A DNA stretch of 64,000 nucleotides from a virus (IMGVR_UViG_3300006919_000037); one strand, 5' to 3'; counted from the stretch's first letter, positions 37,415-45,353 are shown. Notes: generated by a model from the sequence alone, not told the origin. Program-made: numbers and translations.

Positions 37415-38011
37415 TTACATATTCCCAGTCTGGTATGGGAAAATAATATCTGTTGATTTTTTCAAACAATCCCACAAGCTGGATGCAGCTTTTCGAGAAC
37501 CTTTCAAGTTCATACCCTTCATAAAGACATTCTCACCATCCCGGAAATTCAGGTAAAATGATGACTGGAACAAGTTTACGAAAGTGTCCTGTGCTTTTTC
37601 GTTCCAATCATTCATCTTCCGGAGTTGCACAGTATCTTTTGTGGCTATGATAGACGGAGCACTCTGGATTGTGTGAACCAACGTCTTGTCATAGTTGTAG
37701 AATTCAACATCGGTTGTAAACTCAAACCCAATACCACCACCAGTGAAATCCCATTCCTTGTTATTGATTTCAATCCAGAACTCAGCATCAATAACGTTCT
37801 TGACGAAACTCACATAGCTCTTATCAGCATAGTGTGTATTGATCTGGCATGTTGGCTGTTTGGTTGTAGTACCCCAGTAACCAACAACATCAAAAGCACC
37901 ATGGCTCTCGTTGTGAAATGTTGGCACACCTTCTGCACCGACACTGGCAAAAGTGGTCATCAACAAACCCAGACCAATGGCAAAGCTTTTCAGAAATCGT
38001 GATTTAACCAT
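37415..38011 (-). CDS. secreted hypothetical protein
   Basis: signal peptide MVKSRFLKSFAIGLGLLMTTFASVGAEG. Confidence 0.45.
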   Translation of the reverse strand: MVKSRFLKSFAIGLGLLMTTFASVGAEGVPTFHNESHGAFDVVGYWGTTTKQPTCQINTHYADKSYVSFVKNVIDAEFWIEINNKEWDFTGGGIGFEFTTDVEFYNYDKTLVHTIQSAPSIIATKDTVQLRKMNDWNEKAQDTFVNLFQSSFYLNFRDGENVFMKGMNLKGSRKAASSLWDCLKKSTDIIFPYQTGNM

Positions 38012-38182
38012 TATATGAACTCCATTCTATTTTCATTGGGCTTACCGGAAGCACACCACTCTGTCACATGACCGGAGCCATATTCAAACCGTTGCTTCCA
38101 AACACCCGGTTGCTTTTCCAAGAGGTGGATTTTGTATTTTCCACCCCTGAAACTCTTTGCTGGATAATACATCCAATCTGTC

Positions 38183-38494
38183 TTAAGCAGCTTCATTCTT
38201 TTCCCGTTGAGCTACATGGGTTGAAACTTCAATCCTCATGGCTTCATCCTCACCCAAACGAAGCTGGACCTTGTTCAGGTCATCAGCAATCTCAGAGACC
38301 TCTACATAATCCTCTGAGTTACACCAACTTATCGGAACCGGGGAATATCCCGGCTCATTTGCAATGGCAATTCCAAGATGACATATTGCATATTTTGAAC
38401 TGATTACCGGAACAAAGCACCAGACCTTCCCGGCAAATTTCTCTCTCAGTTCCAGCATATGATAGGTGTCGAATTTAGCTTCATTCATTTTCAA
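38183..38494 (-). CDS. hypothetical protein
   Basis: 103-aa ORF. Confidence 0.35.
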   Translation of the reverse strand: MKMNEAKFDTYHMLELREKFAGKVWCFVPVISSKYAICHLGIAIANEPGYSPVPISWCNSEDYVEVSEIADDLNKVQLRLGEDEAMRIEVSTHVAQREKNEAA

Positions 38495-38672
38495 TAATCT
38501 CCATGATCTTCAATTCACATGAAACCTTTTTGGACATGTTCTTGTGGATGTTTTCGGCAATCCATTTGAACCTTGTCAAAAACAACCCATCGGTTTTTCG
38601 ACTCCAACCTCTGTTAGTCAACATCAGATGGTGATTACCCACATTGGTTTCAATCCCATACTTGATCCTCAT
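38481..38672 (-). CDS. small hypothetical protein
   Basis: 63-aa ORF. Confidence 0.3.
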   Translation of the reverse strand: MRIKYGIETNVGNHHLMLTNRGWSRKTDGLFLTRFKWIAENIHKNMSKKVSCELKIMEIIENE

Positions 38673-38826
38673 CAGTCATCTCCCGGATAATTCAGGATAC
38701 CGTATGTCTCATACATATCATCCAGATATGAACATGCAGCATCGGTTACTTCGTCTTTGGTGTGTCCATCTGGATTTCTGATCACCCAGATGGCATACCT
38801 TAACAATTCCTTGGCTGTGTTTTTCA

Positions 38827-39327
38827 TCAGGCTCCCATCGGCTGGGCAGTGAACTCAACCCCGGTCCAATCAACACCATCCATCAACTCACGTGAGAGGT
38901 ACTTCTTGACTTCAGAGCAGGCTTCATCAGCATTCCGACCCAGCATCTGTTCGTAGAAAGTTTTACCTTCGTGCTCGACCTTAACGTCGAACCAAGTAAA
39001 TTCCCTCTTTTTCCCGGCAACTGTCACACCCTTGACCATCCGGTCTTCATTGTTGAGCATACCTTCGTGGAAGGACCCCTCAGACCACTCAAACACTGCA
39101 TCACCGGCATCCGTACCAACTGTGACCAAACCGGTCATGTGACCTTCCTTGGCACGTTTATCGGCATAGTAGCACCCGGTCTTGTAGTACATTTTCGTGT
39201 TCTTCTTTTCAGAATCATCACTGTAGCTGTAGAAGAATGGTTTGTAAGCAGCTTTGGCAACATGGGCATAACGACCATCGGAGAGCAGGACTTTCTTACC
39301 AGTCACTTTGTACATATACATTCCCAT
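38827..39327 (-). CDS. hypothetical protein
   Basis: 166-aa ORF; ATG 39327 about 35 nt downstream of promoter. Confidence 0.45.
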   Translation of the reverse strand: MGMYMYKVTGKKVLLSDGRYAHVAKAAYKPFFYSYSDDSEKKNTKMYYKTGCYYADKRAKEGHMTGLVTVGTDAGDAVFEWSEGSFHEGMLNNEDRMVKGVTVAGKKREFTWFDVKVEHEGKTFYEQMLGRNADEACSEVKKYLSRELMDGVDWTGVEFTAQPMGA

Positions 39328-39359
39328 AACTCGTTTCCTTTCTCTGTTTTCTCTTTATG

Positions 39360-39397
39360 TCCTTATAATGCCAGAAGGGCTGACCGAAGTCAACCCC
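39360..39397 (-). promoter_or_regulatory. sigma70-like early promoter with hairpin-embedded -35 (family a)
   Basis: plus strand ccttataatgccagaagggctgaccgaagtcaacccc. Confidence 0.55.
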
Positions 39398-39529
39398 TTA
39401 TTTCATGTTGGAAAGAAATCTTTCAGACCTTCAAAAAAGAACTCCACATCCTTTTCAATGGTTTTATCATCCCACTCACCCATAGACTGTTCAGTGATCA
39501 GGGTTTTGAGACGTTCCTTCACGGCAATT

Positions 39530-39763
39530 TCAAGAATCTTCTGCATCACTATACCTTCTCTTATCTTGATATTTCACGAAAGCTTCAGCAGACTTGTAGC
39601 ACATTTCAGCACAAGCATTCAAAAGCTCTTGAAGCTCATCATCAGAAACGTCTGCAAGTCCAGTTCCCAGTGAAATGGCAGCAACATAAATGTCTTGGGC
39701 TATTTGATCAACTTTGCTCATATTCAAATTCCTTTCTATGGCCATGGGGACCGGAGTCCCCAC
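39530..39763 (-). CDS. small hypothetical acidic protein
   Basis: ORF-track start is a GTG inside the hairpin; an ATG at 39745 is an alternative start. Confidence 0.3.
   Translation of the reverse strand: MGTPVPMAIERNLNMSKVDQIAQDIYVAAISLGTGLADVSDDELQELLNACAEMCYKSAEAFVKYQDKRRYSDAEDS
39746..39761 (-). terminator. GGGGAC-cgga-GTCCCC stem-loop (copy 2)
   Basis: identical 23-nt element to 8351-8373, directly after stop of 39769..40230. Confidence 0.4.
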
Positions 39764-39768
39764 ACTTG

Positions 39769-40230
39769 TTAGTCCATCCGGCTGGATGCATATGCTTGCT
39801 TCACAACCCCGGCTTCGTCAACAACCTTGGCAAAGGCATATGCATAAGCTTCCTTCTTCTGCATGGACTGATTGAACTCACTCACCCAGATCGTGACACC
39901 ACCGTAGTAACTGTCTGAACGGGCAAGACCCTTCTTCTTCAACCAGTTGGCAAACTTGGAGTTACCGGGCTTGATGTTCACCCATGCAAACCCACACACC
40001 CCATCAGCAACATAGTAGACCGGCTTGGTCTGATCGATCTTGGAGTCGAAGACCCCAGCATGACCAACCACCATCGGACGGACATCCAGTTTGCTCACGG
40101 CTTCCCGACCGGCTGTATCAGCAGCTTCAAAAATGTTTTCAAACTCTTTCATAGCAATTCCTTTCTCAAAGGGTTGATTTAATAGTGTGGCAGAGGCTTT
40201 CTTGTAACCTTGTTCAAACTGAGTGACCAC
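39769..40230 (-). CDS. hypothetical protein
   Basis: 153-aa ORF; probable true start MKEFENIF at 40152. Confidence 0.4.
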   Translation of the reverse strand: MVTQFEQGYKKASATLLNQPFEKGIAMKEFENIFEAADTAGREAVSKLDVRPMVVGHAGVFDSKIDQTKPVYYVADGVCGFAWVNIKPGNSKFANWLKKKGLARSDSYYGGVTIWVSEFNQSMQKKEAYAYAFAKVVDEAGVVKQAYASSRMD

Positions 40231-40388
40231 TCATAGAACGACCGGATACGTCCCCCAAATTCCTTGGAGTCAACAGAAACCCTACGAGTCTCTTCGTTGA
40301 TCTTGGTTACAATACCATAACCAGACCTTTTGTAGTAACCATTCTCATACACGGTCACCCGAATTTTTTCTCCAACTTCGAACTTCAT
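40179..40388 (-). CDS. small hypothetical protein
   Basis: 69 aa; ATG 24 nt downstream of promoter -10. Confidence 0.4.
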   Translation of the reverse strand: MKFEVGEKIRVTVYENGYYKRSGYGIVTKINEETRRVSVDSKEFGGRIRSFYEWSLSLNKVTRKPLPHY

Positions 40389-40407
40389 GTCTTTCCTCTC
40401 TCTCTAT

Positions 40408-40443
40408 GTCTACATAATAGCAGATCATGGGTGAGAGTCAACT
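40408..40443 (-). promoter_or_regulatory. sigma70-like early promoter (TTGACT-N16-TATTAT, family b)
   Basis: minus strand gTTGACTctcacccatgatctgcTATTATgtagac. Confidence 0.55.
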
Positions 40444-40451
40444 CCTTATTT

Positions 40452-40727
40452 TCAATTTTGGGCAAAACCCAGATACCGGACCCGTGTCCCATCTGTGTTC
40501 ACGAAATCTGGATTGTTACCATCCCAGTGAATACCCGGTAGGTCAATCTCACTCAGTTCTTCCTGAACCAGATACCGGAACCCACCATAATTACCAGTGG
40601 ACCGAAGAACATCTTCCAACATCCCCATCAGGGCTTGACGAGCATCCTGTGATCCACCTTTGGCAGCACAGAACCCATTGACATAACTAACCAGCTTCTC
40701 AACTTCATAAGTCTTACGTGGCATCAA
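40452..40727 (-). CDS. hypothetical protein
   Basis: 91-aa ORF. Confidence 0.35.
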   Translation of the reverse strand: MMPRKTYEVEKLVSYVNGFCAAKGGSQDARQALMGMLEDVLRSTGNYGGFRYLVQEELSEIDLPGIHWDGNNPDFVNTDGTRVRYLGFAQN

Positions 40728-40741
40728 AAATCCTTTCTCTC

Positions 40742-40963
40742 TTAGAGGTTACATCCGGAAACCGGGTAGATGACCCCATGTTTCGTCACCCATGCTGAGT
40801 GGTCCACAAGAACCCTGTCACCGTAATTCTGCTGGAGCTTGTGACCGGCATCCGTCAACATGGTAACAAGCTGTTCCATATTATCAATGAAAATACCCTT
40901 CTGTGCAGCAAACCGGGTTGTGTGGGTTGCTACGGCAATGTTGATCAGTGTTGTGATGTTCAT
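40742..40963 (-). CDS. small hypothetical protein (start trimmed to MNITTLIN)
   Basis: ORF-track start 41017 lies within the promoter; ATG 40963 is preceded by AGGAAAAAAAC. Confidence 0.35.
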   Translation of the reverse strand: MNITTLINIAVATHTTRFAAQKGIFIDNMEQLVTMLTDAGHKLQQNYGDRVLVDHSAWVTKHGVIYPVSGCNL

Positions 40964-40985
40964 GTTTTTTTCCTTCTCTCTATAT

Positions 40986-41021
40986 CTACATAATAGCAGA
41001 TCATGGGTGAGAGTCAACAGG
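40986..41021 (-). promoter_or_regulatory. sigma70-like early promoter (family b, near-identical to 40408-40443)
   Basis: plus strand ctacataatagcagatcatgggtgagagtcaac. Confidence 0.55.
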
Positions 41022-41026
41022 TATTT

Positions 41027-41263
41027 TTACAACCCCTCAATTGTCAGGAACCGTTCACCCTTGGCAGCATCCAGACCAGAGACCAGTTCAATATCACCAT
41101 CATCCTTCTCAACCTGAATCTGAAGATCAATACCGTACATGGTCCGGACATTTGTAACTGTACCGGTAAACCACTCACCCCCAATAGTCTGTCCGGTAAT
41201 CTTTTTACCAGCAGCTTTACTCCAAAGTTTATTCATGAAAGTCTTTACACCATAGTCATTCAT
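41027..41263 (-). CDS. small hypothetical protein
   Basis: 78-aa ORF. Confidence 0.35.
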   Translation of the reverse strand: MNDYGVKTFMNKLWSKAAGKKITGQTIGGEWFTGTVTNVRTMYGIDLQIQVEKDDGDIELVSGLDAAKGERFLTIEGL

Positions 41264-41293
41264 TTCTCGTTCCTTTTCTGCTTTTCTCTATAT

Positions 41294-41330
41294 CCACATA
41301 ATGCAAAAAGGGCTGACCGAAGTCAACCCC
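41294..41330 (-). promoter_or_regulatory. sigma70-like early promoter with hairpin-embedded -35 (family a)
   Basis: plus strand cacataatgcaaaaagggctgaccgaagtcaacccc. Confidence 0.55.
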
Positions 41331-41335
41331 TAATT

Positions 41336-42241
41336 TTAGAAAATCTTAGTTTCGTAAGTCTGCTCTTTCCGGATGGAGAGCTTGTACCGGATATCCTCTT
41401 CAAGGATCAACCGTGCACCACTGATGGTATCCTGATTTTCAATGAATTCACCATCCCGTGAGTATACACTGTAACCGGTCCTGTGTGTCCGGATATGACC
41501 GGCATGGATCACTGAACCATCTTTCATATTCAGGTAATACCGGGCAAGAGCACCACGTCTGTTGACTGTCCACTTTGACTTCCGGACCTTCACCTCTTCA
41601 AGGGCAGGCATCTGGAATGATTCGTGTCCGTTGACGAACTCTTCACGGAGAATTGCATAGATCGTCTGGAAGGCAATTCCATGACCCTTAATGGTTTTCT
41701 TACCAACCTTCGGATTATGGTTTTTGATATGCTCTTCGGGGACCCAGTTGAAATTCTCAGTGAATGAGTTTTCGGAAACACCCTTTTTGTACCACTCACC
41801 CCATGGCACGATCCCGTGCTCAACCATGTGGGCAACCTCATGTGCTAGGGTTCCCATCAGGTCCTTGGTCCAGTGACCATTGAAGTGACCGATTACCGGA
41901 TCAGTTCTGATGTGCTCATATTCCGTGAAAAAGGTTTCCACATACTCACCGGTATCAAACTCTTTCTTCATGTTCCTCAAGAACTGGTTCAGGTTCATCC
42001 GAATCCAGAGATGCTTTCCCTTGGTTTTGGAAAAGTGGACACCGGCACGTGAAGGTGACCGGCTATATCCCTTGGGATAGGACTCAACAAGGTGGTAGGT
42101 GATCTTCTCACCATCATCACTACGATAGACCGGCAGAAAACCACCAGCACCCATCTTGTCATTCATGAATTGCAGCATATTGTCAATCTGTTCATTACAG
42201 AAGATTGACAATGCTTTCTTGAATTTCTTGTCGTTTTGCAT
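41336..42241 (-). CDS. putative zinc metallopeptidase (HExxH)
   Basis: LAHEVAHMVEH motif in a 301-aa protein; family unassigned. Confidence 0.45.
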   Translation of the reverse strand: MQNDKKFKKALSIFCNEQIDNMLQFMNDKMGAGGFLPVYRSDDGEKITYHLVESYPKGYSRSPSRAGVHFSKTKGKHLWIRMNLNQFLRNMKKEFDTGEYVETFFTEYEHIRTDPVIGHFNGHWTKDLMGTLAHEVAHMVEHGIVPWGEWYKKGVSENSFTENFNWVPEEHIKNHNPKVGKKTIKGHGIAFQTIYAILREEFVNGHESFQMPALEEVKVRKSKWTVNRRGALARYYLNMKDGSVIHAGHIRTHRTGYSVYSRDGEFIENQDTISGARLILEEDIRYKLSIRKEQTYETKIF

Positions 42242-42262
42242 GACTTTCCTTTCTCTCTATGT

Positions 42263-42298
42263 CTACATAATAGCATAGAGAGAATCTGTGTCAACCAG
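42263..42298 (-). promoter_or_regulatory. sigma70-like early promoter (TTGACA-N16-TATTAT)
   Basis: minus strand gGTTGACAcagattctctctatgcTATTATgtagac. Confidence 0.55.
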
Positions 42299-42881
42299 TT
42301 TTTATTCTGTCTGGATTAAAAATCTTGTTTGGTAAGGGTACATTCAACAACCGTTCCAATTCTATGATATCAGAATCCTTACCGAATTTCCAAATAGGCC
42401 AGTTGTATTTTTCGTGCAATTTCAGAATTTCGATCTGACCACGGGCTGCATGTTTTTCAGCATCCCTCACATAATGGAAATGTGGAGCATTCTTTATGGA
42501 TTCGGCATTCTCTCGTGGCTCCCTGAATACCAGCAGGGGTTCAATCTTAATGCCAAGAGGATTCGGACCAAACATCTCAGGCATCCATATTGGTGGACCC
42601 GGCATTTTTTGGACGGCTTTATCAAACCCACGTTCAAGAGCCTCTAGTTTGTGATCCAATGCCCATTGGCCAACCACTACCATATCATCCTCATCCAGAG
42701 CTTTTGATGGGAGACCCCAAAGACCCTGACAGTATGATAATGGCAGTGGTGACTGATAGGACCCCCGTGGACCCGTATCCCTGTTATAGAACCCATTGTG
42801 TGTGAGAGTCCCGGCAACACAGCTAGTACCACCGGACGGCATCCCAACAACCACAATGAGTCTGCATGGTGGATCAATCAT
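42291..42881 (-). CDS. sulfotransferase-like protein
   Basis: N-terminal VVVGMPSGGTSCVAG resembles the PAPS 5-prime-phosphosulfate-binding loop (G-x-P-[KR]-[SA]-GTT); FREPRE resembles the 3-prime-phosphate-binding RDP motif. Confidence 0.4.
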   Translation of the reverse strand: MIDPPCRLIVVVGMPSGGTSCVAGTLTHNGFYNRDTGPRGSYQSPLPLSYCQGLWGLPSKALDEDDMVVVGQWALDHKLEALERGFDKAVQKMPGPPIWMPEMFGPNPLGIKIEPLLVFREPRENAESIKNAPHFHYVRDAEKHAARGQIEILKLHEKYNWPIWKFGKDSDIIELERLLNVPLPNKIFNPDRIKTG

Positions 42882-43135
42882 CTCTCAACAAGACGGATAT
42901 ATTTTGGGGTTTTCCGGTTATGTGACCGGTAGGATTTCATTGGAACCCACTCGTTCAGAGGTTGGATCAGACCATCATTCTTGGCTAGGCTGATCATCGT
43001 ACCCCAGTTGTTTGGGTGATCTGCATCACCAACAAGGGCTTTGATCAAAAACCGTAGGTCCTCACCAGTGAATTCCACCGGCAAGTTCAATTCAGGAATG
43101 ATTTTGAGGGATTTCTTCAACCACTTCTTGTCCAT
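42878..43135 (-). CDS. hypothetical protein
   Basis: 85-aa ORF. Confidence 0.35.
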   Translation of the reverse strand: MDKKWLKKSLKIIPELNLPVEFTGEDLRFLIKALVGDADHPNNWGTMISLAKNDGLIQPLNEWVPMKSYRSHNRKTPKYIRLVER

Positions 43136-43340
43136 AATCTTTCACCTTTTCATAATACACGTTTTCAGCTTCAATAAGATTTTTGACATCAGATTGAAGA
43201 TTGAAGTTTTCAAGAGCTATCTTCTTGAGATAGGTTGCACGACCCATAATATCTGGATTTGGAACATAAGTCAACCGACGAATTCTATCATGTATACGTT
43301 TTATGATATTTTCTTTGATGTCCCAGTAACTGACGGGCAT
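43092..43340 (-). CDS. hypothetical protein
   Basis: 82-aa ORF. Confidence 0.35.
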   Translation of the reverse strand: MPVSYWDIKENIIKRIHDRIRRLTYVPNPDIMGRATYLKKIALENFNLQSDVKNLIEAENVYYEKVKDYGQEVVEEIPQNHS

Positions 43341-43368
43341 TTGAATATCTCACATGTTCATAATAAAT

Positions 43369-43443
43369 TGGTACAAGCAACAGGGTTTGAACCTGTGATA
43401 TCAGTTCCACAAACTGATGTGTTACCCACTACACTATGCTTGC
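43369..43443 (-). tRNA. tRNA-His (anticodon GUG)
   Basis: anticodon stem TCAGT/ACTGA, loop TTGTGGA, D-stem GTGT/ACAC, T-arm ACAGG-TTCAAAC-CCTGT, CCA; base -1 (T) can pair with discriminator A. Confidence 0.75.
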
Positions 43444-43449
43444 ATGAAT

Positions 43450-43524
43450 TGGCTGGACTGATAGGATTCGAACCTACATATAACAAGTTAACAGCTTGCT
43501 CTCTTACCAGTTGAGTACAGTCCA
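43450..43524 (-). tRNA. tRNA-Asn (anticodon GUU)
   Basis: acceptor TGGACTG/CAGTCCA, anticodon stem GCAAG/CTTGT, loop CTGTTAA, T-loop TTCGAAT, CCA. Confidence 0.75.
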
Positions 43525-43539
43525 ATAATTCTTCTACAT

Positions 43540-43767
43540 CTATTTAGTCTTTTTTGTACACTTCAACGAGATTCTGATAACCCCGTAATTCTCTTTCAGA
43601 TATTCTTTGTGCTCACGATACAAGGCACGGGCTTTACGTCTTTCGAGTCTACACTCCTGATACGAGTTAAAAACCACTGGTGTAAGCTTTGGGTGAATTT
43701 TCTCACCCCTTACCCAACCTGAATTTGATACCAGCACGATTGCCGATAGAACGAATATGTTAAGCAT
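43540..43767 (-). CDS. small secreted basic protein
   Basis: signal peptide MLNIFVLSAIVLVSNSGWVRG. Confidence 0.4.
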   Translation of the reverse strand: MLNIFVLSAIVLVSNSGWVRGEKIHPKLTPVVFNSYQECRLERRKARALYREHKEYLKENYGVIRISLKCTKKTK

Positions 43768-43816
43768 CTTGTAATCCCGTATATAGGTTTAATGTGAGTG
43801 AGTGTCAAGCACTAAA

Positions 43817-44092
43817 TCACTGCAAATTATCCCGAAACATATCCGAAATCAGTCTTGAATTCTTCTCCAACAGGTCCACAACTTCCTGTTTCAATGCATT
43901 AACCCGTTTATTCAGTTCAGTATCATCAATATCAGTATTGGATTTCCACTCAGCAATTTGCTGCAAGGCCACGTCCTTGTCATCACACCTCTCCATCATC
44001 TGTTTCACAACCATACTGGAGAACAAATCCACGAGAGTCTGTTCAATAATATCATCCAACTGTTCTATAAGCACTTCGTTATCCATTACCAT
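43817..44092 (-). CDS. hypothetical acidic protein (start trimmed to avoid tRNA overlap)
   Basis: ORF-track start 44158 reads through tRNA-Thr. Confidence 0.35.
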   Translation of the reverse strand: MVMDNEVLIEQLDDIIEQTLVDLFSSMVVKQMMERCDDKDVALQQIAEWKSNTDIDDTELNKRVNALKQEVVDLLEKNSRLISDMFRDNLQ

Positions 44093-44105
44093 TTTTCCTT
44101 TTTTC

Positions 44106-44179
44106 ATGGTGCCGACACAGGGAATTGAACCCAGATTTCTGCAATACCACAGCAGCACTCTACCATTGAGCTATATCGG
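44106..44179 (-). tRNA. tRNA-Thr (anticodon GGU), U-U mismatch closing the anticodon loop
   Basis: acceptor GCCGATA/TGTCGGC, anticodon arm CTGCT-GTGGTAT-TGCAG, CCA encoded. Confidence 0.65.
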
Positions 44180-44294
44180 CCTAATTAAATTAGACGGGCC
44201 TCTCTCTGTCTTTCCTGTATGATCACTATTACACAGAGGGTTGCACTTTGTTCGAATTTGCCATGCAACTAGCCCCTCAAGACCCATCTAAACT

Positions 44295-44369
44295 TGGTAT
44301 CCCCAAGGGGATTTGAACCCCTGTCACCGGCTTGAGAAGCCGACATCCTGACCACTAGACGATGGGGAC
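44295..44369 (-). tRNA. tRNA-Glu (anticodon CUC)
   Basis: anticodon stem TCGGC/GCCGG, loop TTCTCAA, T-arm AGGGG-TTCAAAT-CCCCT, CCA. Confidence 0.7.
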
Positions 44370-44375
44370 AGAATT

Positions 44376-44464
44376 TGGTGGGAACTGGACGGAATCGAAC
44401 CTCTTGCCTTAAGGAACCGGTTTACAGCCGGTCAGTGGACCATCCACTCTTACTTGCAGTTCCC
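44376..44464 (-). tRNA. tRNA-Tyr-like (anticodon GUA), type II, possibly degenerate (T-stem does not pair)
   Basis: acceptor GGGAACT/AGTTCCC, perfect anticodon arm ACCGG-CTGTAAA-CCGGT, variable hairpin CCTTAAGG, T-loop TTCGATT but no complementary T-stem; CCA. Confidence 0.45.
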
Positions 44465-44848
44465 AATGTTGTATTTTTCATATTTCTTACCAACAACAAT
44501 ACTGCTTTTAACATTTGGTTTTGGTAAGAAATACATCGTTCCTTCTTCAGTTAAAACGAATAAATCATCATATTGTACAAGATCAGCAGTTTTATGTACA
44601 TAGTTTTTTTTACTATTTCCACCTAAAACTCTTAAACCAACTTCATAACCACCGGTTGATTTTCTCTGACTTGTTGTTTTTATAGACACTCTTCTCAACC
44701 CCCTATCAGGATCATCTACAACCAAGTCATAATCTTGACTATCTGTTAATGGTATGGAAACAGCCCAACCAAGTCTACTGAAATATGATATTGCATAACC
44801 CAGACCAACATCACCTTGTTTTTTTGTGTTTACACTACTTTCAAACAT
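44450..44848 (-). CDS. putative PD-(D/E)XK-type nuclease (Hjc/VRR-NUC-like)
   Basis: N-terminal GDVGLGYAISYFSRLGWAVSIPLTDSQDYDLVVDD pattern typical of restriction-endonuclease-fold proteins; embedded in tRNA cluster. Confidence 0.35.
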   Translation of the reverse strand: MFESSVNTKKQGDVGLGYAISYFSRLGWAVSIPLTDSQDYDLVVDDPDRGLRRVSIKTTSQRKSTGGYEVGLRVLGGNSKKNYVHKTADLVQYDDLFVLTEEGTMYFLPKPNVKSSIVVGKKYEKYNIGNCK

Positions 44849-45062
44849 ATTTAACCCTAACTGTCTGTTATACAGTTATTTAGGGAACTTTACCTTTCCA
44901 GTGACTTGAGCAAGACCTTTCTTGGCTTCTTCTGGAAATTCTTTCCATAAAGCTTGAAGCTCAGAAGCATAAGGCACTGTGCCATGAAATCCAGAAGTAA
45001 AACTATCTTCTATGATAGCTAATTTTTTTTCATATTCTGTTTTCATAATATATCCTATAAAT

Positions 45063-45140
45063 TGGTACTACCGACCGGATTCGAACCGGCATTCCCCTGC
45101 TTGAAAGGCAAGTATCCTATTCCAGTTAGACGACAGTAGC
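45063..45140 (-). tRNA. tRNA-Glu (anticodon UUC)
   Basis: anticodon stem CTTGC/GCAGG, loop CTTTCAA, T-arm GCCGG-TTCGAAT-CCGGT, CCA. Confidence 0.7.
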
Positions 45141-45232
45141 ATAATTTGGTCAACACCAACTCAGTTAAAACAGATCAACCCTCTAGGGATATCTTTCAGT
45201 AATACCGGTTAACTAGATGCAAACCAAATAAT

Positions 45233-45308
45233 TGGTGCTCGTGGAGAGAGTCGAACTCACACTGACTGGTTCCTAAAACCAGTGCCTCTGCCATTGGGCT
45301 ACACGAGC
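45233..45308 (-). tRNA. tRNA, class I scaffold with Leu-type anticodon UAG
   Basis: perfect 7-bp acceptor GCTCGTG/CACGAGC, clean 6-bp anticodon stem ACTGGT/ACCAGT, loop TTTAGGA, short variable region, CCA; paralog of 23069..23145 and 33541..33616. Confidence 0.7.
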
Positions 45309-45353
45309 ATTGTTATTCATCTATATATAGAGACACAACATGTTTGTCAAGAA

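Noticed and set aside
38971-39918. 315-aa plus-strand ORF
   Set aside because: It spans three minus-strand genes, a promoter and a hairpin. It is His/Phe/Leu-rich and has no start context, so it is an antisense artifact.
26222-42300. Possible CRISPR array suggested by repeated 35-45-bp elements
   Set aside because: The repeats are irregularly spaced, from 0.2 to 9 kb apart. Each lies 25-40 nt upstream of a start codon and contains -35/-10 hexamers. They are promoters, not a CRISPR array.
44230-44275. Hairpin containing GTTCGAATT (GGGTTGCA...TGCAACTAGCCCC)
   Set aside because: It has only a T-arm-like loop and no acceptor, D-arm or anticodon arm. It is probably a tRNA remnant or fortuitous.
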